A stretch of 63,229 nt of DNA, filler included, from Craspedostauros australis (lineage: Eukaryota), in assembly GCA_030167865.1 (NCBI GenBank). It is 13 parts of 13 records of this genome, joined end to end, with 100 filler letters (N's around TTAATTAATTAA, not from the genome) between each part and the next. Parts side by side here need not be neighbours in the genome. Positions count along the whole stretch, not along the records: positions 41,609 to 45,587 come from JALAGF010005224.1; positions 45,688 to 50,575 come from JALAGF010005225.1; positions 50,676 to 51,977 come from JALAGF010005226.1; positions 52,078 to 53,618 come from JALAGF010005228.1; positions 53,719 to 54,919 come from JALAGF010005230.1; positions 55,020 to 56,095 come from JALAGF010005233.1; 7 more parts are not named here. The stretch is one strand, 5' to 3'. The notes under the pieces were generated by a model that worked only from the letters and a program-made list of their open reading frames with translations, was not told the DNA's origin and did not search any database. Positions 45,101 through 56,195 of this stretch are shown one piece after another. Position 1 is the first letter of the stretch; each line of letters begins with the position of its first letter. The position numbers were made by a program, and so were the translations under genes.

Positions 45101-45587
45101 ACCTGCTGGCATTCTCAATACACTCGATTGCCCACATGACGTATCCATCCATGTCACGTTCATCGTGAGTAGGATCCTGGTCATCACCAGGTTCACACGT
45201 GCGGTCCATACCCCTTGCATGCGACTCCTGTATCCAATCAGCGTCTGTTGGATCGGAGTGAGGTTGCTGTTCTCCAGCATGTCGTTGATTGTGTACACAT
45301 TGCGAGCCACGTCGAGTGCGCTCCGCACGCCAATCTCATGCATCATGTAGTGCAACCCGTGTGGGTGCACTCATCTGCACAGTCGACTCTCGAATTCGTC
45401 GATCGCTTCGTAGCAGATCATCGAAAGCTCGACGCGCACATTGGTGGCAGACGCCATGCTGCTCAACGAGTATCGAGCCAAGAGGCAGATCGGACCTGCA
45501 TTCATGTGCAGTCCTCTGCGCTCCTCATCACTCGTTTCGCCTTCATTGTAGTTGGCGTTGCCGTCTTCCTCTTCATTCTCGGATGAA
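42152..45587 (-). mobile_element. Degraded Ty1/Copia remnants (RT, RNase H, PPT, LTR start), rearranged and multi-copy
   Basis: RNase H VDN..AIFIA.NP..SARTRHID...FIRE...VKSEDNISDGFTKN. RT GVGMLLYLVKHSRPDIANAVREL, LGFRQSKADPCL, GLVQSARQ. PPT GGAAGGG followed by TGTCAGGA at 42207. Confidence 0.85.
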
Positions 45588-45687
45588 NNNNNNNNNNNNN
45601 NNNNNNNNNNNNNNNNNNNNNNNNNNNNNNNTTAATTAATTAANNNNNNNNNNNNNNNNNNNNNNNNNNNNNNNNNNNNNNNNNNNN

Positions 45688-46100
45688 TACAACGCCAAAC
45701 AACGCAAGGACAAGAAGCAGGCCGCTCTGATCAAGGTGGAAACCAACACCAACACCAACACCAACACCAACACCAACCCAACAAGCACAGCAACAGCATC
45801 TGCAATCGTGGCGACCCACAATGCACCAGCTGCAACAGAGGAGGAACGAAGAGAAGAAGAGTTGCAGAGAGAGGAAGAGGAATTGGAGAATCAGAGGTGG
45901 TGTGATGCTNNNNNNNNNNNNNNNNNNNNNNNNNNNNNNNNNNNNNNNNNNNNNNNNNNGCAACAGAGGAGGAACGAAGAGAAGAAGAGTTGCAGAGAGA
46001 GGAAGAGGAATTGGAGAATCAGAGGTGGTGTGATGCTCACACAATGAAGGTGAACACAGAAAGTGAGGCTGTGTTGGATGATGGGACAGACATTTTGTGA
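45688..46100 (+). other. 3' end of an unidentified low-complexity ORF with (CAACAC)n repeat
   Basis: Reads ...ETNTNTNTNTNP...EEERREEELQREEEELENQRW...DIL*. Sequence is duplicated across the N-gap. Confidence 0.25.
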
Positions 46101-46218
46101 TGGGTGTGCATCACCACGATAACACGAGTTGTGGAGTTTTGTGGGTGCCCGGCCAGGCTACTAAAACGAGTCTAGAGGCCATCCAAAAACACGTCCAAAT
46201 ATCGGCTTATCATGCTAT

Positions 46219-46830
46219 CCCTTCGTGGACCAGCCCTAAAGGATCTGTCAGAGCCATTATAAAGCCTCCGTGTTAAATTTCTACAGCTTTTCCCTACCAT
46301 GTCCTACGNACAAAANCTAATTCTGTACCTGTCTCTAAACTGGATTTAGACTGTAATGGTCAGCTCACGATGAGAAGAAACAATCAAAGAGATTGCGTGC
46401 AACGAAGAATGATCCACGAGTGATGAGCCACGGAGATCATCAGAGAAGCAATGTGCTGGCAGGCATTCATGGAGCTGTATGGACACGCATGTCAAGTGAT
46501 GCATGCGAAAAACGGCGATTGAGTTGGGAGATGTGAGCACCGAAAAAATCATTGATGTGTCACGAAAATCAGTGATGATGGCCTCGCTGATGAGTTTTCC
46601 CGTCAGTCCCGTCGTGGAAAAAATGATTCACGAGTACTTCGGAGGCCGATGGCGACCCAACCACAGTAAGAAGACCCCTGATTCAGGAAGATCAGAAGAA
46701 GCGCAAACTCCCAAGGATTCCGTTGGTACAAGAAAACTGGAGGGGTACATGTAAAAGTTGCGGTCAAAAACGGAATGGAGCGACAATGAAATTTATATTG
46801 GATCGAAGTAATCCCCTAGGTCATGAAGGG
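46219..46830 (-). mobile_element. 612-bp non-autonomous piggyBac-like element inserted in a host repeat
   Basis: Ends CTAT|CCCTTCGTGGACCAG ... CTAGGTCATGAAGGG|ATAT. Both flanks join to match the uninterrupted repeat copy around 8880-8960. Confidence 0.75.
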
Positions 46831-48837
46831 ATATCTCAACAACAAATCGCTTAAAATTATATCTAAACATTGCGTTCGTACACTTGACTATCGGTTAATC
46901 AGAATATCGAAGTTAAATGAGTATAGGAAATATTTTGGTAGTCATGTTGGTTTGCTGTGTTTTGTGTGGTGGATTCGGGAAATTCTCGATCAACCAATGT
47001 TGCCCTCCCCTCAACACCCATGATGATCATCATCACTGTTGCATTTCTGTAANNNNNNNNNNNNNNNNNNNNNNNNNNNNNNNNNNNNNNNNNNNTCCAT
47101 GAAGGATACAACGTTTTGGCCACATTGCATGCCCCAAAGTGTCCATACACTGAAAAAGAGTGATTCCAAAAAACGATTTTCAAGCTGGATGCAGTATGGA
47201 TACGGATCCATACCTCATGCACATGACCCTTTCAGCCCCTCCACGTGCCCCTCGTGCATTCCCACACTCCCTGGTGANNNNNNNNNNNNNNNNNNNNNNN
47301 NNNNNNNNNNNNNNNNNNNNNNNNNNNNNNNNNNNNNNNNNNNNNNNNNNNNNNNNNNNNNNNNNNNNNNNNNNNNNNNNNNNNNNNNNNNNNNNNNNNN
47401 NNNNNNNNNNNNNNNNNNNNNNNNNNNNNNNNNTGTACTCATTCGAGGCCACAGCCTCTTCCAGACAATATCTGCGGCGCGAACTTCGCGACGTGCATCT
47501 TCCGTTGGTGCCGCACGCATCTTGCATGGGCGACTTGGCGATTGGGTGGCTTGATGATGCTGCCTGTCACAGCCAAAGCCACACCATGGGAACCCCCGCG
47601 ATACACCGCCAAAACTCTTGCCCTCCACTGTTTCCTCCGCGCGGACACCTTCTCGGTCGTCCCCGAGCCTCAAACTTCGTGGTATCCTTGGTGATGGCCT
47701 TTCGGATGCGTCTTGCGCATCCATGGGCGTTGGTGTGTGATGTGTATGGAGCACACGTCCCACATCCAACAAGCCGATCCGGTGCCAAATTGGGACGTTT
47801 GCGCGGGGGCCTGCCGCCGCCCCAAATGAACCGCTCTTCCCGCCTCCGTTCGTCCACCCACCAAACGTTGCGTGGAGGTTACGGCGATGTGCTTGGATCT
47901 TGAATTGGCTGGCTGGTTGTTGCGGCGCCGAGCATACCGTTGGACGGCCATTGTGGATGGTTTTTGGGTGTGGCTCCATTTTCATGTTGGTGTGTCGAGT
48001 TTGCCACTCTCAACCGGTCTCGCATGTTGGGGGATGTGGAGATTTACCTCCAATTGTACCGACTGTCCAAAAAGACCACGACACAAAACACTCGAGGAGT
48101 ACCAACCCCACTCAACCACTTCGCCACGACGAAGCAGACCTGATGCTGCTTCGCATCGTGCTGTGATTGGTGTTTCATGACGAAGTATCCAGTTTCGTGA
48201 CGTCGATGACGGATTGGACAAGCACATGGTTGAATGCATGTAAACACAAATCTACCGCTTCTCCCCAACATTCTACAACTAGCGCTATCGTGGAGGAGGT
48301 GTGGGATGGTCCCATCCGAACACCTGAAAAAGAGACTAAACAATTCAAAATCGGAACAAAGTCGGTGAAACAAAGAACAGCAAAGGGTTAAATTGGATCG
48401 ATGTAGTCGGATGTCAAAGGCTGAAACCCGAAAGAGATCGAAAAATGCGCATATCCATCGGTCCATAAAAGTTAAAATAAGATCTAACTCAAAAATGTAA
48501 TGGTTAATTATTTGTATTAGACCTACAAGTATTATGAATATGTGCTTGGTTAGTATGTAGGAGAGAAAATTTCTGGAGGTCTATTTCAAACGATTGGTCG
48601 ACTCACTGATCGGGCTCATATTGCAACTGTGTGCGTCTGTCTGTCTGGTTGCGAAGTACGTTTCGAACCAAACGCAAATGGAAATTCGAAGTTTTCGAAG
48701 TCATGCCAGTCTATTTTTACGGTGCGGCCCAAACTGCTAAAAAGAGAGTCTGCCGCAGTACATGCTCATGATTGAGCGTTTTGGTTGTGTGCCACGTCAT
48801 TTTATCTCGGACTAACCAGATACTATGCTTGGGTTGA

Positions 48838-49111
48838 GTAACTTCGAAACGGAGAGAATGCGGTGCGGGTAACTTCGAAACGGAGAGAATGCACTTACTT
48901 ATGCATTCTCTCCTGAGAGCGACCATGGCTACCTCCACTACTGCCGAAAGGTACTAGAAGGCATGGTACTTTTTCGAAGTGGTGCGGGTAGAGAATGCGG
49001 TGCGGGTAACTTCGGATCGGAGAGAATGCTCAATTAACTTCCTTCTCTGAAATGCGATTATACTGGCGACAAAGAGCACGATCGCCTCCAATACTGCCGA
49101 AAGGTACTAGA
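48838..49111 (+). repeat. Nested direct repeats with hairpins (31-bp unit; two ~140-bp units ending GCCGAAAGGTACTAG)
   Basis: GTAACTTCGAAACGGAGAGAATGC x2 plus a variant; CCTCCA.TACTGCCGAAAGGTACTAGA x2; perfect 12-bp stem at 48882-48913. Confidence 0.75.
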
Positions 49112-50004
49112 TCGATCACACCACGATCAAACAGCTTGTGTCATGACATAACCCATCGATTCCGGATAATCAACTCCCTTTCGCCATTCGGTATCCTAGG
49201 CGTGTCCTAGTACCTGCCGGCTTGATCTTGTGGTCACGTGCACAGAGCACACGCTCTGGCGAATCCTGATCCCCTTCTTTCGTTCCATCGATCCAACCGG
49301 TGCGCATCATAATGAAAGCAAACATTTCGGCTGCCACTGCGCAACAAACATGTGGGGCCACACAAACAAAATCTTCTCACAAAACAACAACACCGACAAC
49401 AACAACACAAAAAACTCACCGTTCCACCGATTGCCCATCATCAACCGCACCATGAACAACCCACCGCAAGCCGCCAACATGCAAGCCGCCAACGTGCAAG
49501 CCGCCAACGCCCAAGGTAACGCCTCTCTCCCCGCGCTGCATCCGTCGTGCTCTTGTGTGTGCGTGTGTGTGTTTGTATGATTGGACGTGTCGACGGTTCC
49601 TTTCTCGAGCTGCGTGTATTCATCACATCGTATCTTACGTCTGCCTTGCCTCGCCACGCCATACCCAACCATATCAAACCCAACGAACGGCATTGTACCA
49701 CAGCCGTGCCGGTGATCATGATGTTTGATCGTCGCCAGCAAACCGAGATGACCGAAGCCGAGAAGAAAGCGATCATCGCTGAAGCCATGAACAATTCCGA
49801 CGTTCAAGAGTAACCGCACCATTTCATCCAGTATGGGATGGTATGTGCCTGCCAACATGTGACCACGCGTACCACGACGATGCACCTGCAAGCTTTCAGA
49901 AGACCACCAACCACAGTTGCATGGTGCGGCTCGATCCCAAGCATGTTCCATGCCCAAGCAGTGTGGCGGCGCCTCTTCGGTACGTCGACACATGCGCTCG
50001 GCAC

Positions 50005-50130
50005 AAGACGACACATGCCGACACATGGCGACACATGGCGACACATGACGACACAACACGACACGACACAACACGACACAACACGACACAACACGACACA
50101 ACACGACACAACACGACACAACACGACACA
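50005..50130 (+). repeat. (CGACA/CAACA)n minisatellite
   Basis: Tandem ACACGACACA units preceded by GACACATGGC units. Confidence 0.9.
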
Positions 50131-50789
50131 ATTTTGTCTATTATATCATATCATATAATACGATGTATTCTAATACATCCTGTTGTTCCCATTAGTAATA
50201 CTCCCTGGGTGTGCGACTGCTTCACAACATCTCTGTTGGGCGTGCCTTCCGTGTCTGCGAATTGTTTCGGCGGAAAATGTGATGTGGGTTGGCACAAGAT
50301 GGAACAAGACATCGCAGGAAGAATCGAAGCGCGTAGTTAGGATTCGTGCGTAGGCGTCGCGAATCGGTGGAGAATGCCTCGTGAATCTGCCGGCTTCGGG
50401 ATAGCCGTGTGATGCAGTTCAAGAGAGGTGTGCTGTTTGAATAGTTATAACTTGTAACGATGAGAAGTAGAGTGCTTTGTAGCTAATCCTTGTCCGTTAT
50501 TATGAGTTAGCTTATTGGTGTTAGTAGGGTGAAGAAACGATGCCACACAACTTGGCGAGACCCTGCACTGATGCANNNNNNNNNNNNNNNNNNNNNNNNN
50601 NNNNNNNNNNNNNNNNNNNTTAATTAATTAANNNNNNNNNNNNNNNNNNNNNNNNNNNNNNNNNNNNNNNNNNNNAAGGAGGAGAAAAAGATTTGGTGGT
50701 CGATCAAGTCGGAAGATTTCGCGCCAAAACAAGAATTTCTCCCATCTGGTTGATACCGTGTTCGGTATTAGTCTGTCCCTCATTGAATC

Positions 50790-51505
50790 TCAACTAACGG
50801 ACTACTTTTCACTCAGTGTGTTCCTTGTCGCACCTTGAAATTATTTTTGGCGCGAAATTTTGGCGCGAAACCTCCCACCNNNNNNNNNNNNNNNNNNNNN
50901 NNNNNNNNNNNNNNNNNNNNNNNNNNNNNNNNNNNNNNNNNNNNNNNNNNNNNNNNNNNNNNNNNNNNNNNNNNNNNNNNNNNNNNNNNNNNNNNNNNNN
51001 NNNNNNNNNNNNNNNNNNNNNTGACAACCTTGCATGACAACAGCCAAGAGATCCTCCCTGCTTCAACACATGCAGGGAATCTTACATCAATTCCCTCGGC
51101 CTGACGACCTGTGTTCTCGATCTCAACCTCAATCAAGGTGTCAAGGCTTAGTACTCGAACGTAGAACTACTACGATGAGATACTGGAGAAAGAGAGAAAG
51201 AGAGGACCCGTCCGCCCTCAGCACTGAACCTCTGAAGGTCAGTGCAGAGCCGCACCATTCAAACTGACTATCGTTTCTTCATCCTGCATCTCAATCTGAT
51301 CAACTCACAATGCAGACTATTCAAATAATAAATAGCACAACTCAAGATCAGCACTACAACACTTATCTACTTCATTGTCACTAACTACTAATCTCCAGAC
51401 GGTCGCCCCACGTTGACTTCACAATCAGATTCCCAGAATCTGGCAGTCAACTAGGCCATCCCTTCCGGATCGTGTCACAACAGCACACGAAAATCCAACT
51501 CAAGT
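50790..51505 (+). repeat. LTR-like repeat (copy of 9330-10060) abutting a Copia integrase fragment
   Basis: See 9330-10060. Contains AATAAA near 51328. Confidence 0.7.
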
Positions 51506-51511
51506 TCACCA

Positions 51512-51977
51512 CAGAGGCTCGGACAAAGCTCTGGACCGAGGCCTACACAGTGGCCAACATCCTCACGAACATCACCAGCACCAATGCCGACGACGTCTCA
51601 TCCTTTCAGAAGTGGACTGGCAAGCCATCCAAGCTGGTACCTCACCTCGTCCAATTTGGCAGGATTGGCATGGTCGCGGATCGGGAACTGATCAAGGGCA
51701 AGTTTCGCCACAGAGCCAGGAAGATGGTGATGGTNNNNNNNNNNNNNNNNNNNNNNNNNNATACCTACCGCTTCTTCAATCCGGCAACGAAGATGATCAA
51801 GCTATCTCGCGATGTACAATGGCTGGACTGGGAGCGAATCCATCCAAAACAGGGCATGCAGGTCTTGGAGGAGGATGATGATGATGACGCGGACGACATC
51901 CAACGTCCCACAGGCACTCCAAGTGATGATGGAGATGGGAATCCGGGCAGGGAGGACCCAGTGACCGTCACACAACC
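51512..51977 (+). mobile_element. Copia integrase C-terminal/SH3 fragment
   Basis: LWTEA..AN..TN, HLVQFGRIGMV, KGKF..RA, YRFFNPATK.IKLSRDVQWLDW. Confidence 0.8.
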
Positions 51978-52544
51978 NNNNNNNNNNNNNNNNNNNNNNN
52001 NNNNNNNNNNNNNNNNNNNNNTTAATTAATTAANNNNNNNNNNNNNNNNNNNNNNNNNNNNNNNNNNNNNNNNNNNNCATGCACTTGTTCATGGTTGCTT
52101 TCATCTGCTTCATCAGCTTGCTCTCATGCTCTCTTCTGCAGGTTCATCATGCATCATCGTGCTGATTTGCATCTTCTACATTCGAGCAGCATCTCTCATA
52201 GACGCACAGGTACCTTCAGCATGGGTCTCAGTTTGATCGATCCCACTTGACTTTCGGTTCCTCAGTATTCCACCTGCGCCATCATCACATACTCACCGGT
52301 CATGTTCAATGCATGTCGCGTCNNNNNNNNNNNNNNNNNNNNNNNNNNNNNNNNNNNNNNNNNNNNNNNNNNNNNNNNNNNNNNNNNNNNNNNNNNNNNN
52401 NNNNNNNNNNNNNNNNNNNNNNNNNNNNNNNNNNNNNNNNNNNNNNNNNNNNNNNNNNNNNNNNNNNNNNNNNNNNNNNNNNNNNNNNNNNNNNNNNNNN
52501 NNNNNNNNNNNNNNNNNNNNNNNNNNNNNNNNNNNNNNNNNNNN

Positions 52545-52706
52545 ACTGATGTTGATGTCATTCATGAACAGAGGGTTGATGGGGGACAGGCTGCAAGGTG
52601 GTCCGAGTGTTACCAACAAAGTTGACCTTGTCGAGTTGTGAAGATATTATTGGGAGGTGCGGCAATCATGGGTATCTTGGTAAAAGCGTACCCCCGATTC
52701 CTGACA
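52545..52706 (-). mobile_element. LTR 5' end (TGTCAGGAATCGGG...) related to the LTR at 42207, abutting the mariner-like gene
   Basis: Shares TGGGAGGTGCGGCAATCA and CCCGATTCCTGACA with 42160-42207. Confidence 0.55.
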
Positions 52707-53618
52707 GTTCTCTACTTCAATTTGGGTGGGATCCCAGCCAATGCAAAATTGATCGCCCATGCTTGGGATATTGGCACTTCTACTGTCGCCAGCAACATCC
52801 NNNNNNNNNNNNNNNNNNNNNNNNNNNNNAAGAAGCGCAGCGACACAGGCAGGAGCATCTTCACCAGCTCCCAGAAACAACAACAATGCTTCACGCCACG
52901 CGCTGCCTTCGCTAAGCAGTTGAGGCTGAAACATCCACAACAACGGTTGAAGTCTGACAGCATCTCATCTGCATTTGCTTCTGCTTTGCCTGAGGAGCTG
53001 GCATCTGCAAAAGCCCTGTCCGATTTGTGGTTGGAGCGCGGTCCATTCCTCCAATACGACCTCCAGGATGTGATGCGACAATGCGGTGGCGCANNNNNNN
53101 NNNNNNNNNNNNNNNNNNNNNNNNNNNNNNNNNNNNNNNNNNNTTTGCTTCTGCTTTGCCTGAGGAGCTGGCATCTGCGAAAGCCCTGTCCGATTTGTGG
53201 TTGGAGCGCGGTCCATTCCTCCAATACAACCTCCAGGATGTGATGCGACAATGCGGTGGCGCACTCTCGTGGGACGATATTGCACACGAACTAGCAGGAA
53301 GGGGCAATGTTGAATGTGTTAGCGCAGAGACCATTCGAACGTACGTGATGGGTTTGGAGGGCAGCGAATACCGCTCTACAACAATGCTCCCTCTGATCAA
53401 TGGCACCACGAAGATGAAGCGCGAGATCTGGGCCAAGGACTTNTGTGTGTTCTGGGAATCAGCGCAGCTGTTCCCGAATACGCAAGTTGTTGTTGTCCAC
53501 ATGGACGAAAAGTGGTTCTACTCTATTGTCGCTTGGCGCAACCTCAAACATGTGCCCCAGATGGGAGTTAAGCCTATCGACCACCCTGTGCACCACAAGT
53601 GCCACATTGAAAAGACCA
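52707..53618 (+). mobile_element. Tc1/mariner-superfamily (plant/stramenopile MLE-like) transposase fragment
   Basis: HTH-like WDDIAHEL...VSAETIR and first catalytic Asp motif VHMDEKWFY...HHKCHIEK. Segment duplicated across the gap. Confidence 0.7.
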
Positions 53619-53718
53619 NNNNNNNNNNNNNNNNNNNNNNNNNNNNNNNNNNNNNNNNNNNNTTAATTAATTAANNNNNNNNNNNNNNNNNNNNNNNNNN
53701 NNNNNNNNNNNNNNNNNN

Positions 53719-54919
53719 CATTCCCTTGGGGCACTGCATGTAGATCTCTTCCTCGAGGTCTCCGTGCAGGAAGGCGGTTTCGAAGTCGATGATGATGCTG
53801 TCTGTCTTTAACAACATCTTCATGGTCAGCATCACGCGGTACGTTGCGTCGTGGATCACTGGTGCATGATGAGCGGAGAAATCCACTCCAGCAATCTGCG
53901 AGTATCCACAGGCAACCAACCTGGCGCGAAAGACTCCATTTCTCTTCTCCTTGAAGACCCATNNNNNNNNNNNNNNNNNNNNNNNNNNNNNNNNNNNNNN
54001 NNNNNNNNNNNNGATCTCTTCCTCGAGGTCTCCGTGCAGGAAGGCGGTTTCGAAGTCGATGATGATGCTGTCCGTCTTCAACAACATCTTCATAGTGAGC
54101 ATCACGCGGTATGTTGCATCGTGGATCACTGGCGCATGATGAGCGGAAAAGTCCACTCCAGCGATCTGTGAATATCCACAGGCAACCAACCTGGCGCGAA
54201 AGACTCCATTCCTCTTCTCCTTGAAGACCCATTTCGTCTTCACACATCGCCGATCCCTCGGCATCTGGTTCTTCTTGATCTTTTGCCAGACTCCTCGTCT
54301 CGTCATATCGTAGAACTCCTTATTGATGGCCTCCCGCCACTTCCTTCGCCTCGCTGGATCTGCATGATCCCAGCATTCCTCGAAGGTGGTTGGGTCCAGC
54401 ATCATAGCCGTGTACGCATGCTCGGACGTCTCATTCCAATCCCCTCTCTCGACTCGTTGGCTCGCTGCGATGAATTCATCCAGCCTCATTCTCCCTTCCG
54501 TGGTGTCGATCATTAGACTCGCCACATCTCGATTGAACATGGATATGTTCGAATGGAAGTCTCGTTCGCCCGTAGTTGCAGGGATCGCCTCAGCTGTCTC
54601 AGCTTGTTCATCGTCTCCACTGCTTGATTCTGAGTCGGATTCATATCCAGGTGGATTGTTGTACGGGACTAAACCCCGTAGCATCCTTGACATCTTTGCC
54701 ACAGGTTTCGCTGGGGGTTGCTCGATCTCTCTGCCTTCGGCGGCTTGTCTTCGAGTCACTCGTGTGTCGTCCCTTCCGGATTCATCGTCGTCTTCATCGT
54801 CCGATGGTTCGTCCCCTTGGGCAGGTAGCGGTTCTTCTTGCTTCGATGCATAGCCTGTGGTATCTTCGTAGCCTGTTCCGGGCTCTCTGCTTCGATCAGC
54901 TGATACGGCCTTCGCTTCT
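53719..54919 (-). mobile_element. Copia pol fragment: pre-RT region and RT N-terminus
   Basis: DPTTFEE, KWREAINKEF, TKWVFKEKRNGVFRARLVACGYSQIAGVDF, DFETAFLHGDLEEEIYM. Confidence 0.92.
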
Positions 54920-55344
54920 NNNNNNNNNNNNNNNNNNNNNNNNNNNNNNNNNNNNNNNNNNNNTTAATTAATTAANNNNNNNNNNNNNNNNNNNNNNNNN
55001 NNNNNNNNNNNNNNNNNNNAACGAGAGAACCAGCATGCGTGCTGTTCAACAACCGGATCCCAACTTACGTGGATGGGTTACGCGTTTTCGGGGAAATAGG
55101 CATAGTTACAACATGAGGCCTTGGACATCCGAAAGCAGGACACTCTTCAGAGTTTCCTTGTAATCGGATTAGTCCAATTTGACATCTCCCCCCCAAAATT
55201 ATTTGGTCTTGGTTTTCTCACGACTGTCCGCCAACACGTTGCGTGTACCCCTCGGTACGAACCAAGACCANNNNNNNNNNNNNNNNNNNNNNNNNNNNNN
55301 NNNNNNNNNNNNNNNNNNNNNNNNNNNNNNNNNNNNNNNNNNNN

Positions 55345-56033
55345 ATCAAGAGGTTCATTGCAGCTTATATTTGAATCACAAGAGTGATTGGATTGAACTG
55401 CAAAGACTTCTTGTATGTATGACCTCAGCCCTTGACATAAACAGAATGATAGAAGTAGGAGTCATGCTTCTGCTGCTCCAAGACGAACCAAGATCAGCAG
55501 GAGAACATGAGATGCTTGAAGGATCGATACATTGCAAGAAAGGAGTGAAACAAGGCACACAGCCAAGTGTCTTGCTCTGCAGAGAGCACAATGATGTCTG
55601 CAGGAAATCTCCTGCAAACAACACTGCCAAGAAACATGTCCTGCATGATTGTTGTCTCTTCATTGTCTTCATCATCATCTTCATTATCTTCATCATCAAC
55701 TTAATCATAAAATGCAAAAAGTTCACAAGTCAAAAACACTCTTCAAACACAGTATAAATCAATTGCATTCACTCTCGTCTTCCCATCGTAAACTCTGACA
55801 CCAAACGACTTCATCAGTCGGTCCGAGTTGCGACATTGAACGCTTGCTCAAGGCAACGCAACAAACAATTTTCTCACAGCAACAAAACACAAGTCCGTCC
55901 CTATTGTTAACAACGAACAACGAACAACAACAACGATCCAATCCGGATTTGTTCCACCCACGGGGACATCTCGGACACGCGAAAAACGACGCGAACTGAC
56001 GCAATTTAACTGGCATGGTGTACATCGGAGGCC
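55345..56033 (-). mobile_element. Possible left end and degraded 5' gene of a PIF/Harbinger-like DNA transposon
   Basis: Minus strand starts GGCCTCCGATGTACAC (Harbinger-like terminus) at an abrupt junction with Copia sequence. Only a degraded, CpG-poor acidic frame follows. Confidence 0.3.
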
Positions 56034-56035
56034 GC

Positions 56036-56096
56036 ACGATGAAGGCGAAGCTGGATGACAGATCCAGACCAGCTATGTTCGTTGGATACGGCCAGN
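56036..56096 (+). mobile_element. Copia integrase SH3 fragment
   Basis: Translates MKAKLDDRSRPAMFVGYGQ. Confidence 0.65.
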
Positions 56097-56195
56097 NNNN
56101 NNNNNNNNNNNNNNNNNNNNNNNNNNNNNNNNNNNNNNNTTAATTAATTAANNNNNNNNNNNNNNNNNNNNNNNNNNNNNNNNNNNNNNNNNNNN

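Noticed and set aside
47434..48500. Several 90-250 aa ORFs on both strands
   Set aside because: No recognisable motifs, and partly inflated by Ns; probably degraded TE or gene sequence that cannot be assigned.
48838..49111. CRISPR-like array
   Set aside because: Only two to three degenerate repeats, no unique equal-length spacers, no cas genes, and a eukaryotic context.
49307..50340. Cys/Val-rich or His/Thr-rich ORFs
   Set aside because: Translations of the (CGACA/CAACA)n minisatellite.
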